DNA of 64,000 nt. It comes from Azolla caroliniana (lineage: Eukaryota; Plantae; Polypodiophyta). The first letter of the stretch is position 1. The number at the start of each line of letters is the position of its first letter. The stretch lies in the NCBI GenBank assembly GCA_043228905.1, contig JBHGNT010000012.1, positions 3,782,001 to 3,846,000 of the forward strand. The letters are read 5' to 3'. The notes beneath the pieces are model-generated. The model was given only the letters and a program-made list of their open reading frames with translations, did no database searches and had not been told where the DNA came from. Shown piece by piece: positions 12,457-29,189 of the stretch. The position numbers were made by a program, and so were the translations under genes.

Positions 12457-15400
12457 CAGGTGACAGAGGAATAGAAAGATGAAGGGGTCGGATCTCGTGG
12501 AAGCCATGGCTTCGGATGTGGATCGGATAGTGAGTGCGCGCGAAGGCGTAGGCGCCCTCAATAGGGCCATTGAAGCAGTCGTAGGTGCGATAGGCCGGTC
12601 GGTGGGAAGGACGCCACGAGCTATTTGGAGGCCTACCGGGCCGAGATGGTAATGAGAGACATTCCGAAAGAGAGGCGACTGACCGAATTCCCTCGACTGC
12701 GGAGGTGCTCGAGGTATGGGCTGAGAGCCGGACTTGGGAAGAGTTTGAAGGTCGGCTCCTCGAAAAATACGGGCTTGATGACACGCTTCGGCTCTTGAAA
12801 CGGGATTTCATGGAATGGTTAGAGACCCCCGAAAAGGGGAGAAATGCGTCAGTGCTCCTATGGGAGTTTGAAGAATGCTTCGCACGTCTTTCGACGCTCG
12901 ACAGGACCGTACTAAACACGAGTCGCGTCCTGTTGTTCGTTAAGTCGGTGGATGCGAGGGACCGGGAGCAAGTGGGTCTCTTGCTGGACACTGATGACGG
13001 GGTAACGGCCGACGGGGCCGTGGTGAAGAGAGTTTGTGGCCGTTTTGACAAACGGCGAGAGTGGGTCGATAAAGTATCAACAGGGGTGGGCTCTGTAGTA
13101 GCAAGGAATCTTGAGCCAACCCCACAAGCGCGAAGGGAAGAGACCGGAGTCTGGCTCGACACTGGATCGACTTCGACCGGCATGGTCAAAGGCTCGAGCG
13201 GAGGAGCGGTTCTAGAGGAGCTTACTAGGATGGTAAAGGACCTCCAGATCGCAGAGGCACGAAGGGACGGTGGCGAACAGGCCCGTGACCGAAGGCCCCT
13301 GGCTGGAAACCGGTGTTTGTGGTGCGATGCGGTCGACCACGTCCGGAGGGACTACGGGGACTTCGCCGAGGCAATGAGAGCCAACGTGGTGTACCTATGG
13401 AACGGTCGGGTGCATGCTAGCGAGACCCGAAGGGCCCTGGACCTGAATGTCGGACGAGGGGGTATGAAACGACTAATGGAAGAAGTGGCGGCTCGCCACG
13501 TGGAGACCGTCCACTACTCGGTGTCGGCAGGAATCCGGGTCGGAGGTGGTGAGGCCCGGAAGGCGGATGAAGCCGGATTCTGGCCGCTGATGCTGGAAGG
13601 CCTCGCCGATGCGCGGCTAAGGAAATAAGAATCGGACCGCGGGGAGAAACGGGTCCGGGAGGTAACCGGGTCGAGTGACCCGATCGAAGAGAAGACGGGT
13701 TTTGTTGAAGCCGCATGCCAGAACTACAAGGCTCTGGTGGAAGACAAACGAGTAGGTAAAACCGGAGGGGCCGGGCCCTCACAATGGTACGAGACCCGAT
13801 TCGGCCAAAGGCAGAATGAGGCTGGTGCGACCGGCGCACCGGATAAAGCCAAGAAGGCTGGGTACCGGTTGAGCACGGAAATCGAAAGGACCACGGACTT
13901 GCGAAAGGTCCTGGAGGAACGTATCCTCGACAGCAAAGTGGAGCTGTCGCTGAGGGAAGTGCTCGGGATTGCCAAGAAGGAGTTCCACGACTCCATCGTA
14001 GACTTGGTGAAGACCAAGAGGCTGTCGACAGAGCCAGAGCCGGAGAAGCCGGTGGAAGTGTGAATGACGCACATAGAGGACATGGCGCTAGAAGATGAGT
14101 TGGCAAAGAGCCACTATTCGAGGCCGCACTGGGCCAGAGCGACCACGGAGACCCCTGTTAAGATCGGGGATGTCCAAGAGCCGGTGGTGGCGTTGGAGGA
14201 CCACAGTTCAGAAATCAACTTGATGTCCATGGACTTCTACAAAAAAGGGAAATGGCCGATCAACACCAAACACGGCTGGAAAATACGGGCAGTGACGCAC
14301 GCCACGGAAGAACTACATGGAGCCTGCCCGAACGTACGGGTGAAAATCGGCGATGTCGAGATCAACCAGCACTTCTTTGTGCAAGAGACGTCCTCACATC
14401 CGGTTATACTAGGAGAACCATACATCACGGCGGCATAGATGGAGACGAAGGTGCTGGACAACGGTTCGGCCTATGCTAGAGTCAAGAGCCAGGACGGGTG
14501 TCACTCAGTCCAGTTCCTGATAGTGCGACCAAACCATGAACGTAACTGCGAGACCCTAAGAGGCGAATCCCGAGGGGATTTTTAGAGAGGGCTATCAAGG
14601 CGTGGGGCCGCGATAGTCCGGACACCCTAGAAAAACCCCACAAATGTACAGTAGGGAAGAAGACCTGTACCATAGGTAGAAAATTTTGGTTCACCGACAA
14701 TGGGGGTTGTACTATAATCGGCGTCAACGGCCGGGAAAGGAATCGAGTGGAGGAGTGGCTCAGGGGATGCGGAGTCCTCTTCCCCGACGAAGAGATCAGC
14801 AACGCCGTGGAGGTGGTCTCTTTTGACGACACCTTGGGCGAGTTACGAAAGGTGATCGGGGAAGACCTTAGAGAAGACCGTACCATTCCGATCAGTTCGA
14901 TGGGAATGTACGAAATCATCGCGGACTTCGGGTAAAGGATCGGGGTAGATCGGACGGCCTGCGTGGATACAAAGTACAAGACTGTGGACCGGAAGGTGAG
15001 GCCAGTCGCGGCACCCTTGCTGGAGGGCAGCGAGGAGTGGATAAAAGGGGTCGCGTCGGACCCAAGTTTATGGAATCCGACTGGCATAGGGCATCGGTTC
15101 ACCGACATAACGCTACGGGGGCTCAAGGTCGGTGGGGGTGGCTTTCTACTGCCGGCTGAGGAGGACAGGTTTCGGAGAATGCTCGGAAGGCATGAGAAAG
15201 CCTTCGCGTTCTTGCCAGAGGAGATCGGGTGCGTGGACTCGACGATCGTCGAACCGATGGTGATCTTCACGGTACCGCATGTACCGTGGAATCTCAAACC
15301 GATTCCGGTGCCGAGAGCTCACATCCCGAAGTTGATGGAGCTTCTGAAGCAAAAGGTGGAGATGGGCATCCTCGAATCGTCGAGTGCCCCGTATTCGAAT

Positions 15401-17697
15401 CGGTGGTTTACGGTGCCGAAGAAGAACGGCACGCTGCGCTTCATTCAGGACCTGCAACCGGTCAACAAGGTGACCATTCGGAACATAGGAATCAGACCGA
15501 CCATAGATGAGTTTGCGAAGGCTTTCGCCGGAAGGTCGATTTACTCTGTCGGTGATCTGTACTCAGGGTACGATCAGTTCTAACTAGCCGTAGAGAGCAG
15601 AGACATTACGACGATGCGGACTCCTCTCGGCCTAGTGCGGATGTGTACCCTACCACAAGGAGGGACGAACTCGGTGGCTCACATGGTGAACGCGATGAAC
15701 AAAGTGCTCAAGGATTGTATCCCTATCATCACCATGCCATTCTTAGACAACATCCCGATCAGGGGATGCCCGGTGGAGGAAAAGGACGAGACAGTCGGAC
15801 CGGACGAATGTCGGAATTTCGTGGCGACTCACATCGATGACTGCGAGAAGGTGCTGCAGAGACTAGAAGGCGCGAGGCTCACCTTCTCCGGGGAAAAATC
15901 GGCCTTCGGGCAATCAGAGATCATGGTCGTCAGGCACCTATGCGGACCGTATGGTAGGAAAGCGTCTCCGGCCAAGGTGGACGCCATCTCCGCGATGAAG
16001 CATGACTGCAACTCGGTTACGGAGGTTCGGAGATTCTTGGGAGCATACGCGTTCTACCATATCTGGATCCCGCATTACGCCCACGTCGCGGAGCCGTTGT
16101 ATGGGTTGCTGAAGAAAGGGCGTAAATTCGAATGGGGAGACAAGCATACAGAGTCAGTCCGAAAGATGAAGGAAGCACTTGCCACGGCACCGGCGCTCCG
16201 AAAGGTTGTCTACGGCAAAGACACTCCGATTTATGTAACCGTAGAGACGAGCCCGACCGGGATCGGATGGGTGATCAACCAAGAGGATGACGTTGGCACG
16301 AGGTTCCCCATTCGGTTCGGCGCGAAGGTCCTCAGTGGGCGACAACGAGGATACGCCCAGGTAAAATGCGAACTCTGGGGTATCGTTTCGGCGGTGAAGG
16401 CCGATAAAGACTACCTGATCGGGACAGAGGTAATAATCGAGACGGACTACCTGCCGATTCTCGGCATGGTTTCCAGATGCGCGATGTCGGACCTGGCAAT
16501 GCTCAGGTGGATAGCATACATCAAGGCCCTGAATCCGGAGATACGACACATTTTTGGAAAGGACAATGCCATGGCCGACATGCTCTCAAGGGCGAGGTTT
16601 GAAAACGAGGATGGCATGGTTTCGGAGGACGAGGAAGTCAGTGTAGATTTCTTCGAGGCGGCACACGTGACAACAAAAAAGGGGAGCACTCCAGCGCTTA
16701 ACAAATTCGATGAGAGCAAGTATGACGGGGAGTGGCTCCAGATCGGCGGGCTCCTGAAAACAATGACACCGGACACGGCATGGACAAAGGAAGAGACCAA
16801 TTGGATCCGGAAGAAAGCGTGCTGATTCTTCCTTCGGGACGGGTACATATGGAAGCACCCGAAGAAGAGGGACGTCATCCCACTCCGAGTGGAGGCGAAG
16901 AAAGAGGAGCAAGAGGAGTTGTTGGGGGCTTACCACGAGAGTCCCTGGGCCGAACATTGCGGAACGTGGGCCACGTCTCGAGAAGCTAAAGGGGAAGTAC
17001 TGGTGGCCGGGACTGTACCGGGACGTGCATCGATTCGTGATGACTTGCGAAAGTTGTCAGATGCACTCCATAGTCCGATACCGGGACAAGCTTCACCCGA
17101 CCTACCCTTTGACCGTCCATTTCAAGTGGATGGTGGACTTGGTGACGATGTCGATGGGAGTAGGATAGATGCGATACCTGGTGCTTGCGCGAGAAGACTT
17201 AACGAACCAGGTGGAAGGTCGGGCACTACAGAACAAGACAACCGCGACGGTATGCCGGTTCCTGATCAAAGAGGTAGTGTGTCGGTACGGGTGCATCGGG
17301 AGGATCGTGGCTGATCGCGGAGAGTTGGACGCACAAGAGGCTGAAGAGCTGTTTGACCGACTAGGGGTCAAACTCTCACTCACCACAGCGTACAATCCGG
17401 AGGCTAACGGGAAGGTGGAGTGCGGACACGGGCCGATCGTCAAAGCGCTAGTACGGGCGTGTGAAGGCCAAGTCGGGAACTGGCCGCGACTGCTACCTTA
17501 TGCCTTGTGGGCGGACCGAACTACGCACAATTCAGTAACCGGGTTAATGCCGGCAGAGCTTATGTACGGATAGAGGCCGATCATGCCAACGCAGTGAACC
17601 ATCTCCTCATGGGCCACGGTGGACTGGAGAGATGAGATGAGCCGGGAGGAGCTCCTAGCGGCACGGATTCGACAACTCAAGCGAAGGCCGGAGGACG

Positions 17698-18360
17698 TGA
17701 CGGGAACCCAACGTTCCTTATGCGCAACGCTCGGCCACAACAGAGATTATTTTCATACACAGAAAACGGGAAATAGAACACAGCACAGAGAAGAGAAATG
17801 GTACACAGGAGGTTAACGTGGAAAACCCCAAACTAGGGGAAAAACCACGGCAGCCCCTAGGCTGCAAACTGTCACTATGTATGAATGTACAGAATAGTGA
17901 GTACACGGAGGCAACGACCTCGGGCTCACGATCTTCGCCACAATCGGCAGTTACAACAGAGGCAACGACCTCGTTCTCTCTCTCTCTCTCTCTGTACAGT
18001 TACACGCTCTCTCTTCTACTTGCACCAAGGAAGAATGACAACCACTACAACCGTTACTAAAAGTTTGCCCTAAGTCATATTTATACTAATATGACTTTTC
18101 GGCTATTTACAAATGTAGCCACAATGGGCTCTCAAAAACATATTTACGAATATGTCTCTTCCTCCGGTTCATACCGGTTCTGCACCATCCGGCTCTCCGT
18201 AGCCGGGTACTCCTCATCCGGTTCACACCGGGCCTGTATCATCCGGCTCTCCGTAGCCGGGTACTACTCATCCGGTTCACACCGGGCCTGTATCATCCGG
18301 CTCTCCGTAGCCGGGTACTCCTCATCTCGTTTCCCATCCGGAGGGACCTGTCTCCCAACA
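17698..18360 (-). mobile_element. Solo LTR nested in the Gypsy integrase
   Basis: TG...CA termini, perfect 5-bp TSD GGACG (17693-17697 / 18361-18365), and internal ~54-bp tandem repeats at 18165-18325. Confidence 0.92.
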
Positions 18361-20169
18361 GGACGTGGAAAGAGCTGCGGAGAAGCTTCAGTTGGCGAGG
18401 TTGAAGAACAGAGAGCGGTTTGATTGGACTCACCGACTGCGACTGAAGAAAATCGAGGAAGGCGACTGGGTCCTAGTGTATGACAACATCCTCGACAACC
18501 AGCACAGGGCGATGCGGAAGTTTGCAAGGAGGTGGTTCGGGCCTTACGCGGTGACAGGCCCCAACGACAATGGGACCTACCATCTTGCGGAGCTCGACGG
18601 TACGAGGATGGCAATACCGGTAGCGGGGAAGAGGGTCAAAGAGTTTAAGAAACGACACGAGTGCAAGCCGGATCTGGAAAGCATGGACGGTGACGATGGA
18701 CGGTCCGAGGCGGATGACGACCCGGAAGGCGAGGAGTAAAGTATGGACCGGTTTTCTCCGGCAAGAGCCCAATTTTGGCGCATACCGGTGGATGCGCGGT
18801 TAGGTGGGGGCAGATGTGGTGAAGAAAACCGCCCCTAGGCAGAAACCGAGTTTAGCGTGTGTAAACCAGCCCTTACACGTGAGCACACTTTTCGTTGTAT
18901 AGTGAGTAGGTAGGTACAAGTCGGCTGAGGTAAAATCCTAGGTAGCATGCATTCAATAGGGAGAGAATCGAGGTGTATCTCTGTCCAAAAGGACAAAGAA
19001 TTAATATGATGTAACGAATGATAACGACCTCCCTCCTTGGGCTATAAAAGAGAGGGAGAGGAATGAAAAAGGGATCGCTTTCTGGGTCGAGGACGAAGTG
19101 CTATCGGATTGGGACCGAGCTCTTCTCCTCCTTCTCTCTCTGTATTTGCTTTGCGCAAGTTTTCGGGAGGCTGACTCTGCTCCGTGGAACGCCCGTGTGC
19201 TTCCGGCAGAGTCTCCATCTCGCTCTTCTGTCTGTGGGTGAACACGCGTCGGTGTTCACCTTGCCAGCTTGTTGGTTGTAACCGTCTTGATATATCTTTA
19301 TATATTTATATACATACGCGTTCATATACTCGGACTTCTAGTCGTGTCGTTTTGATGTGTTGTCGGACTGTGATTCCTGTGTGCTCCCGCGCCTGTGTGT
19401 GTGCAACTGCGTCCGCTACCTTTCCGATCTCCTCCTTCTCAGCTATTCCTCGGTCCAAGACCCTCGTGGTCCCGCCCTTCTACACGCACGCGCGTAATAA
19501 CGCGACAACGTCATGGTATCAAAATCTGGGTCTTCTGATAAAACCGGAAAAGGGTTAGGGTCAGGTTGGGTGACCTCTGGAGGGCTTGGTGGAGAGGTTG
19601 GTGTGGAATCAACTCGTGGCCGAGTAGCAGGTGGTGAGGATTGCAACCGGTGAGCCTCCAATATGTCTTGGAAGGACTGGTCCGTGACCGCCGAGTCGGA
19701 AGTTCCTTCGACTGGCTCATGCCGTTGGGCAGGTGGCCGAGACCGCTAGGTGTGATGGGGCGCCGTAATGGCGGTTGAAGGCTGCCTTCAACGTAGTTCG
19801 CTATGATCTCACAATTGTAACTAGGCGTGCCCAATTGTGTTAACTGTTCTGTTGGAAACACCTTCGATATTCCTACCAGCTATCGGTATGAAGGGAATTG
19901 TAACGTGAAGGCTTGTGCATGGAGTCATCGTTAGGAGAAGAGAACAGGGAGCATACCCAAAATATAACCCGGGGTGTATACGTAGTTAAGACCTTAGAAA
20001 CGAGGGAACACAGATGAAAGCAACCAGAGCTAATAGATATGTATTACTGCAAACAGTTATCGATGATTACAAAAAAACACAGCTCCCAGCCGGTGACCTT
20101 ACTGAACTCTTATAACTACGAAAACAACCTCATTTAGGCTCTAGATATCTCTCTCCCCGGCGAGGTACG

Positions 20170-23100
20170 TATTGTCCACCGACGATTCCTAGGCTAGCCT
20201 CTTGGAGGATGGCCTTCTTCTCGAATTGTCGAATTGCTCGACGCCATATTCCGTCCGAGCCTTTGCGGTAGAGGATGTCGGAAACGAGACAAAAGTTTCG
20301 GCTTCGTACTGCGAGTCGTTTCCGCACATCGAGGGTCATGTGGTCGGGAGGTAGGCCACTACTAAGGAAATGGTTCATCTCCGTGATCCATTCATCTTCT
20401 TTGACGTCTGGTAGCGTTGCATTCTCGATGGCGACATCTGATGCGTCCACGAAGACGTGAAAAGGTTCCGACCATATCGGGGGTTGTACCACTTGGGCAT
20501 GCGAGAGCATTAATTTCAAAGCTTGGTAAGCCTCGTCCTCGATTGAAGTCCATTAAAAAGGAAGTCGATGCACCGCCGCGTGGAGTGGTGTCGCGAACTC
20601 AGTGAGGTGGCGTATCATCTGGCTATGACATCTGATTTGTCCAAGAAATCGGTTGAGGGCCTTTGCGTTTGAGGGTGCGGGAGCGTTTAGGATGGCTTGT
20701 ACTTTATTCGGGTCCATGGCGATACCTTCTTGACTAACGATTTGCCCGAGTAGGTTGCCGCTTGTCACCAAAAACATGCATTTTTCCAGGTTTAAACTTA
20801 ACCGAGCCTAGCGACATCGGCCAAGACAGAGACGTAACTGGGTCATGTTGTCCAATCATTGGCCATACACGACGAAGTCGTCGAGAAAGACTTGCATGAA
20901 CGCTGGGATATACTCGGTAAAAATTTCGGTGATAATGCGTTGGACATGGTCGGCGCTGTTTTCAAGCCGAACATCATTACTTCTGCCACGAAAACACCCC
21001 ATTCCGTGACGAATGTTGTTTTCTCCTGATCATCCGGGTGCATTCTGATTTGGTTGTAGCCACTGAACCCGTCTAGAAAGCTGTAGCATTCGTGACCTAC
21101 CACCGTGTCAAGAACGCTATTCGTGAACGGAAGAGGGAATCCATCCATGACCGTTGCAACATTAAGCTTGCGGTAGTCGACGCAAACTCTGATTTTTCCG
21201 TTTTTCTTGGGGACGACCACAATTGGGCTTAACCATGTGGCGCATTTTACAGGTCGTATGAACTTGACTCGAAGGAGCTTGTCTATTTCTTCCTTGACCT
21301 TAGCCGCATAATTGGGGTTCATCCGGTATCGTCTTTGCTGAACCGGCCAAGCGTCAGGGAGAAGATGGATCTAGTGTTGGTAGTATTGAGGGTCCAAACC
21401 CTTCATATCCATGTAAGACCATGCAAATACATCCTGGTAATCGGTGAGTAAGCGTATGAGGGTTGCTTGTTCGCCGGTTGGTAAGTTATTAGCAATCTAC
21501 AAGGTGCGAGGGTTCTCGTCCGACCCGAGGTTCAATGTTTCAAGCGTTGATGCCTTCACTCGTTGGGAGATGGAGAGTTCACATTCAAAAGCATCTTGTG
21601 CGTGTCGTAATTCTGCGATGGTGGTGGGATCTGGCTCGTCCTGGGGAGGTGTATTCTCTGTGGCCTCCTCGTCTAGAGGTGTGTTAACGACCGATATTGC
21701 GTCAATTTCGAAGAGGGGTATGATAGCGGGATAGTCTTCTAGGAAGTCATCCACCTCGTCATCGGCTAACCCGTCGAGCATGTGCACCCCTTCTGCGTAT
21801 AACGGCGAGGTGGTGTGGGGCGTGGTTTTGCGTGGTTTGGTTATTATCCGGACCTTGGTCTTTCCGCGGCGAAACGAGATCATGTTGCGCTGCCAATGCT
21901 GTTTGATATTTGTTGTGCGCAACCATGGTCTGCCAAGTAACATTGGGTAGGCGCCCTGTGCTTCGAATCGTAATACCACGACCGAGATCGTGAACATGTG
22001 GCCTCCTAGAGTAAAGTCGAGGTAGCGGATTAGTCTGATGAGGCGAACCGATCTTGTATCGGCCATCCGAAGCCAAAAGGGGCAAGGCTCCCATTGGTTT
22101 ATGCCGAGCGTGTGACATGTGGCCTCGCTAATGATGTTCACACCAGAGTCGCCATCGATTATGCACCCATGAAGGTCGCGTCGTTTAATCATGATTTTCA
22201 CGGCTGGATTCTGGGAATCCATGAGGGGTGGGCCCGTCCCTGGCTCCGTCAGGTTAACAGGGGTTACAACCGATTTGTCGTTAGCCGTGAGCTTAGCCAA
22301 GGTATCTTGAAAGCGCGGCATGAGGGGTAACAACTTATGTAATGGTAGCGAGATCTTAACGGTTGTAAGGGCTTCCCATAGATGGTCATTCTTCTGTCGT
22401 GGTGGATGGGCTTGCGGCCGGTGGTGCGTCAATGGTCACGTCCTACATCTCCGTGTGCATCTGTGCCACGTTGCTTTTGTTGGCCGTATCAATCCATTCT
22501 TTGGCTGCTTGCCGGACTTCATCCTGTACTTGCCATGGAGTGGCCTGGGCTTTCTTGCGTGTTGTGACGTTTTGCACGTCGGCCATAATACTATTCACGG
22601 CAAGAGCCTTTCCACGGTCTGTTGTTGGGCATTGCGTAACGTAGTGACTGTGTTGGTTGCACTTGAAGCAGATAACGACGGCCGAGTTGCTGGTACCAGC
22701 ACGATCTGTGTCTGGGGGGGGGCGACTAATTCCCGGCCTCATGTGTGGGTGGGTTGGTCCAAGGCGCGTTCGAGCTGTGTAATTCATATTGATGGGGTCT
22801 CGACGACGGTTGTTGTTATTCCTTCTGTTGTTGCGCGATCCTCGGTGAGAGTTGTGCCGATCATTACGGGAATTTCTCTGATCGTATCGGTCATCCCGAT
22901 CATTGTCATACCGATCAAAAATGCCATTTGCCTGGTACTAGTCATCGTGATAGCGATCACGGTGGTCCTTCGATCTCCATCGGTTGTCATTTCGGTATCG
23001 GTCGTCGTCTTGACGGTAATCGTCGTCACGGGGCCGCCTATCTCGCGATCGGGGTCATTGGCTATCCTGGTTCCGGTAGGATTGTTGCTCGTCCTGATGA

Positions 23101-23508
23101 GAGTATGTATCCCTGAACTCGATCTGGCGAACCGGGGCTGTCGTTGTGCGGTTGAGCAGATTATATTCACATTGCTTGACAGTGTGAGAACGGGATTGGG
23201 AGATCAGACACTGTGACCGGTGAGGACATTCGAGGGCTAGATGGCCGGATCCTGAGCAAACTGTGCATTGGAGGGCTTGACAGAAGCGATTGTCCTCCTA
23301 GGGAAGGGCACTATGCAGTGAACTCATAGAGAAAGCCGTGCTTTGCTGTGTCTGATCGAGGGCAAGGACGCATGCTATGACTTGCTCGATCGTTTGGTTG
23401 GCAAAATTCGTAAGTGCGAGAGTTGTCCGTAAAGGCTCCCGTAAGCTGGACAGGAATGTGTCCGGGATGTGTTGTGCAGAGACATCGTCGGCCACTTGTC
23501 TGTAAAGA
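20170..23508 (-). mobile_element. Ty3/Gypsy fragment (copy A): gag C-terminus, PR, RT, partial RNase H/integrase
   Basis: RT WLSPIVVVPKKNGKIRVCVDYRKLN and YSFLDGFSGYNQI; RNase H FHVFVDASD; gag truncated at 23508. An LTR-like spacer at ~19.9-20.17 kb separates it from copy B. Confidence 0.88.
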
Positions 23509-23570
23509 TAATTGGAAAATCAAAACAGAAAATCAAATGATTGGAATGAATCGATCGGGAACATAGAAAA

Positions 23571-23800
23571 TGGGCCGATTGAATGAATCCATTGGAACTA
23601 GCAGAAGTTGAGTGTGACCGAATGAATCAAAACGCAACCCACCAAAAGGTTTTTTGGCGGGACTCTCGTATTGTTTTTTCGTTTCCTACTTTCCTGAACG
23701 CGAGATTAGGGTTTCAGTCTTTCTACTGCACATAGCAGCGAAACTTTAGGGTTTCAGTCTTTCAACTGCACATAACAGCGAAACATTAGGGTTTCAGTCC
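23571..23800 (+). promoter_or_regulatory. MSI1 promoter: site II, E2F-like site and three telo-boxes
   Basis: TGGGCC at 23571, TTTGGCGG at 23653, and TTAGGGTTT at 23706, 23746 and 23786 within a 40-bp tandem repeat. Confidence 0.55.
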
Positions 23801-23937
23801 ACAGAGCAACACCGATAGCAGCATCTGGCTCAACTCACGCCTGTAAACTCCCTCGGCCTCCATGCTTTGACAGCCTTTCAAAGAGAAATTTCTATAGATA
23901 TACATATATAGAGAGAGATTCAAACAGCAGCAGATAA

Positions 23938-27310
<3,373 letters not shown>

Positions 27311-28569
27311 TAAACATGTATTTTCGCTAACTTTTCATTCTTCCATTTAATTCAATGATTAGCAAAACCATTTATTCTAGAGCAAGTTATGCTCAATTTA
27401 TGACATTGCTGGTCAATGTTTGGAGAAAATATTCTTACCAATCACCCTAGTTTCTTTTTTGTGAATATCCTGTTGGAAAAAGTAGAACACATTGCTAGGA
27501 GTTTTGCTGTAAAAGTTTCTTTTGGATTTTGTTTCTTGCTTTAGAAGAGCCTTAGGCAACACAATCATCTTTTTCACCGAATATTTAGCAAACTGTTGAA
27601 ATGTACTAAGGTTTTCTACAGAAAATTGTGAATTAAATTTCCTCTTAAATCTGCCAGGAAATCAGCTGGATTGTGTTGCTCTTTTTGATGATTGTAATTA
27701 TGGATTTTGTTTCCTTTAGAAGTAATTTAACTATTTTGGGTAACAATTTATCAAATCTTTAGCAAAATGCTGAAATGTACTAGGCTTTTTTTAGGAAAAA
27801 CTGTGCACTATATGTCCCTCTTAGATCATCTGTTAGGAAATAATGTGGATTGGAGTTAATTTTTATTCTTATAGAAAATGTACATGCAAGCCAAAAGGCC
27901 TCATCCATAGAACACACCTAAATGATGGCTTGAAAGTGTGAGGTGATAGAGCTTATCAATATTCATGAAATGTTGACTCATTTCGCCAGACTCCTAGTTG
28001 ATTAGTAGAAACTAGTGTGATAGTCGAGATTGCATTGTCTACATAAAGATAGATGGTTTTGCAAACTTCACTAGATCATTTGTTGTTAATTTTGGTTTAA
28101 GTATTCGTACTATGTATATAACTTCTTATGAGCATGGGCTTGTTTCTGTTTATTATCATCTTGAATTTCCATTGTTAAAATGTAAATAACTGAGTCATCT
28201 TTAATTTCCATTGCAAAAATGTGCATGGAAAGATGTGGGTATGTTTGAAGGATGGGATTGTTAGATTTTATTGCCATTAAACTGTAATTGTTATGTTTGC
28301 CAAGTCTCATGCATATCTCATATTATGGTGTGAGGTGAAAATCGTTACATTGTTTGGAACTCCTTTGAACATGCATGTCATGGCATAACTCATTATTACT
28401 TGATTCTCTACAATTTGAGTTTATGTAGGCATGTCACATGCTTCTTTTGATATTTGCTATTTGTCCTCAAGAGCTAACCTTGGCATGATGTGCCCATGTT
28501 GAAAACAATCAGCTAGTTTTAGTGCACGACAAATTGCGATTGAAAATGAATGTTGTAATTCATGATTGG

Positions 28570-28930
28570 TAACAACACTACACTAAAGGTTGGCTTACAC
28601 TATCCCTCCTCCAATAGCATACTATTGATGGCATTGAATGCTTTGTCATTCAATATGTCTATTGTTGTTTGCTTGACACGTCGATGACACCAAGTTGCGT
28701 AGTGGGTTTTCTTGACACGTTGGTGACACAACACTGTGATTTGGCCTACCCTACCCCTCCAATAGCAGACTATCAACGACATTGTATGTTTTGTCATTTG
28801 ATATGTGCATCATTGCTCGCTCGGTGCACGGAAGTTGCTTGCCGAGTTTCTTGACACGTCAGCAACAGGACACTAAAATTTGGCCCACCCTTGGCCCCCA
28901 TTAACTTACTATCAACGACACCAAACGTTT
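28570..28930. repeat. Degenerate ~140-160 bp tandem repeat (about 3 units)
   Basis: Recurrent acact..ttggc..ccc..ccaatagc..actatcaacgaca blocks. Confidence 0.5.
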
Positions 28931-29189
28931 TGTTTGTTCGAGATGTGCACAATGCACCCTCTCTGGGGTTCCTCTCTTCGTGTTCAAGGAGGCTACGGGT
29001 ATCTCTCTTGTTGGTTTTTGAGTCTAGTGGGAATTTACCCCCATCACTCTGACTTTTTTTCTTTTTTTATGTTGCAAAGAAATAGTGTGTTGTTCATGGA
29101 GGTGAAGGACAGAGAGCAAGTCTATATTTTAGTAGCTGTTGTTGAAAGACCAGCAAAAGAAGAAGAAGAAGAAGAAAAACAAAAAAAAA

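Larger units (their letters stand above)
11765..19507 (+). mobile_element. Full-length but degenerate Ty3/Gypsy LTR retrotransposon
   Basis: LTRs 11765-12434 and 18815-19507; TSD ACGT; PBS 12439-12456; purine-rich tract 18802-18814. Domain order is gag, PR, RT (YSNRWFTVPKK, FLDN), RNase H, integrase (AYNPEANGKVE). Many in-frame stops. Confidence 0.95.
9881..19890 (-). mobile_element. Ty3/Gypsy gag-protease fragment (copy B), split by the 11765-19507 element
   Basis: Protease IIDGGSGVNVI and zinc knuckle CFKCNQPGHYATQ. The gag frame DTMT|YPYPRYTDDPDAESH is restored across the insertion. Highly similar to 21.96-23.5 kb. Confidence 0.85.

Noticed and set aside
22320-23216. Long hydrophobic ORFs (also 10584-11144, 50735-51499, 12371-13189 and 14482-15297) as novel genes
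   Set aside because: They are antisense shadows of low-complexity gag or pol sequence.
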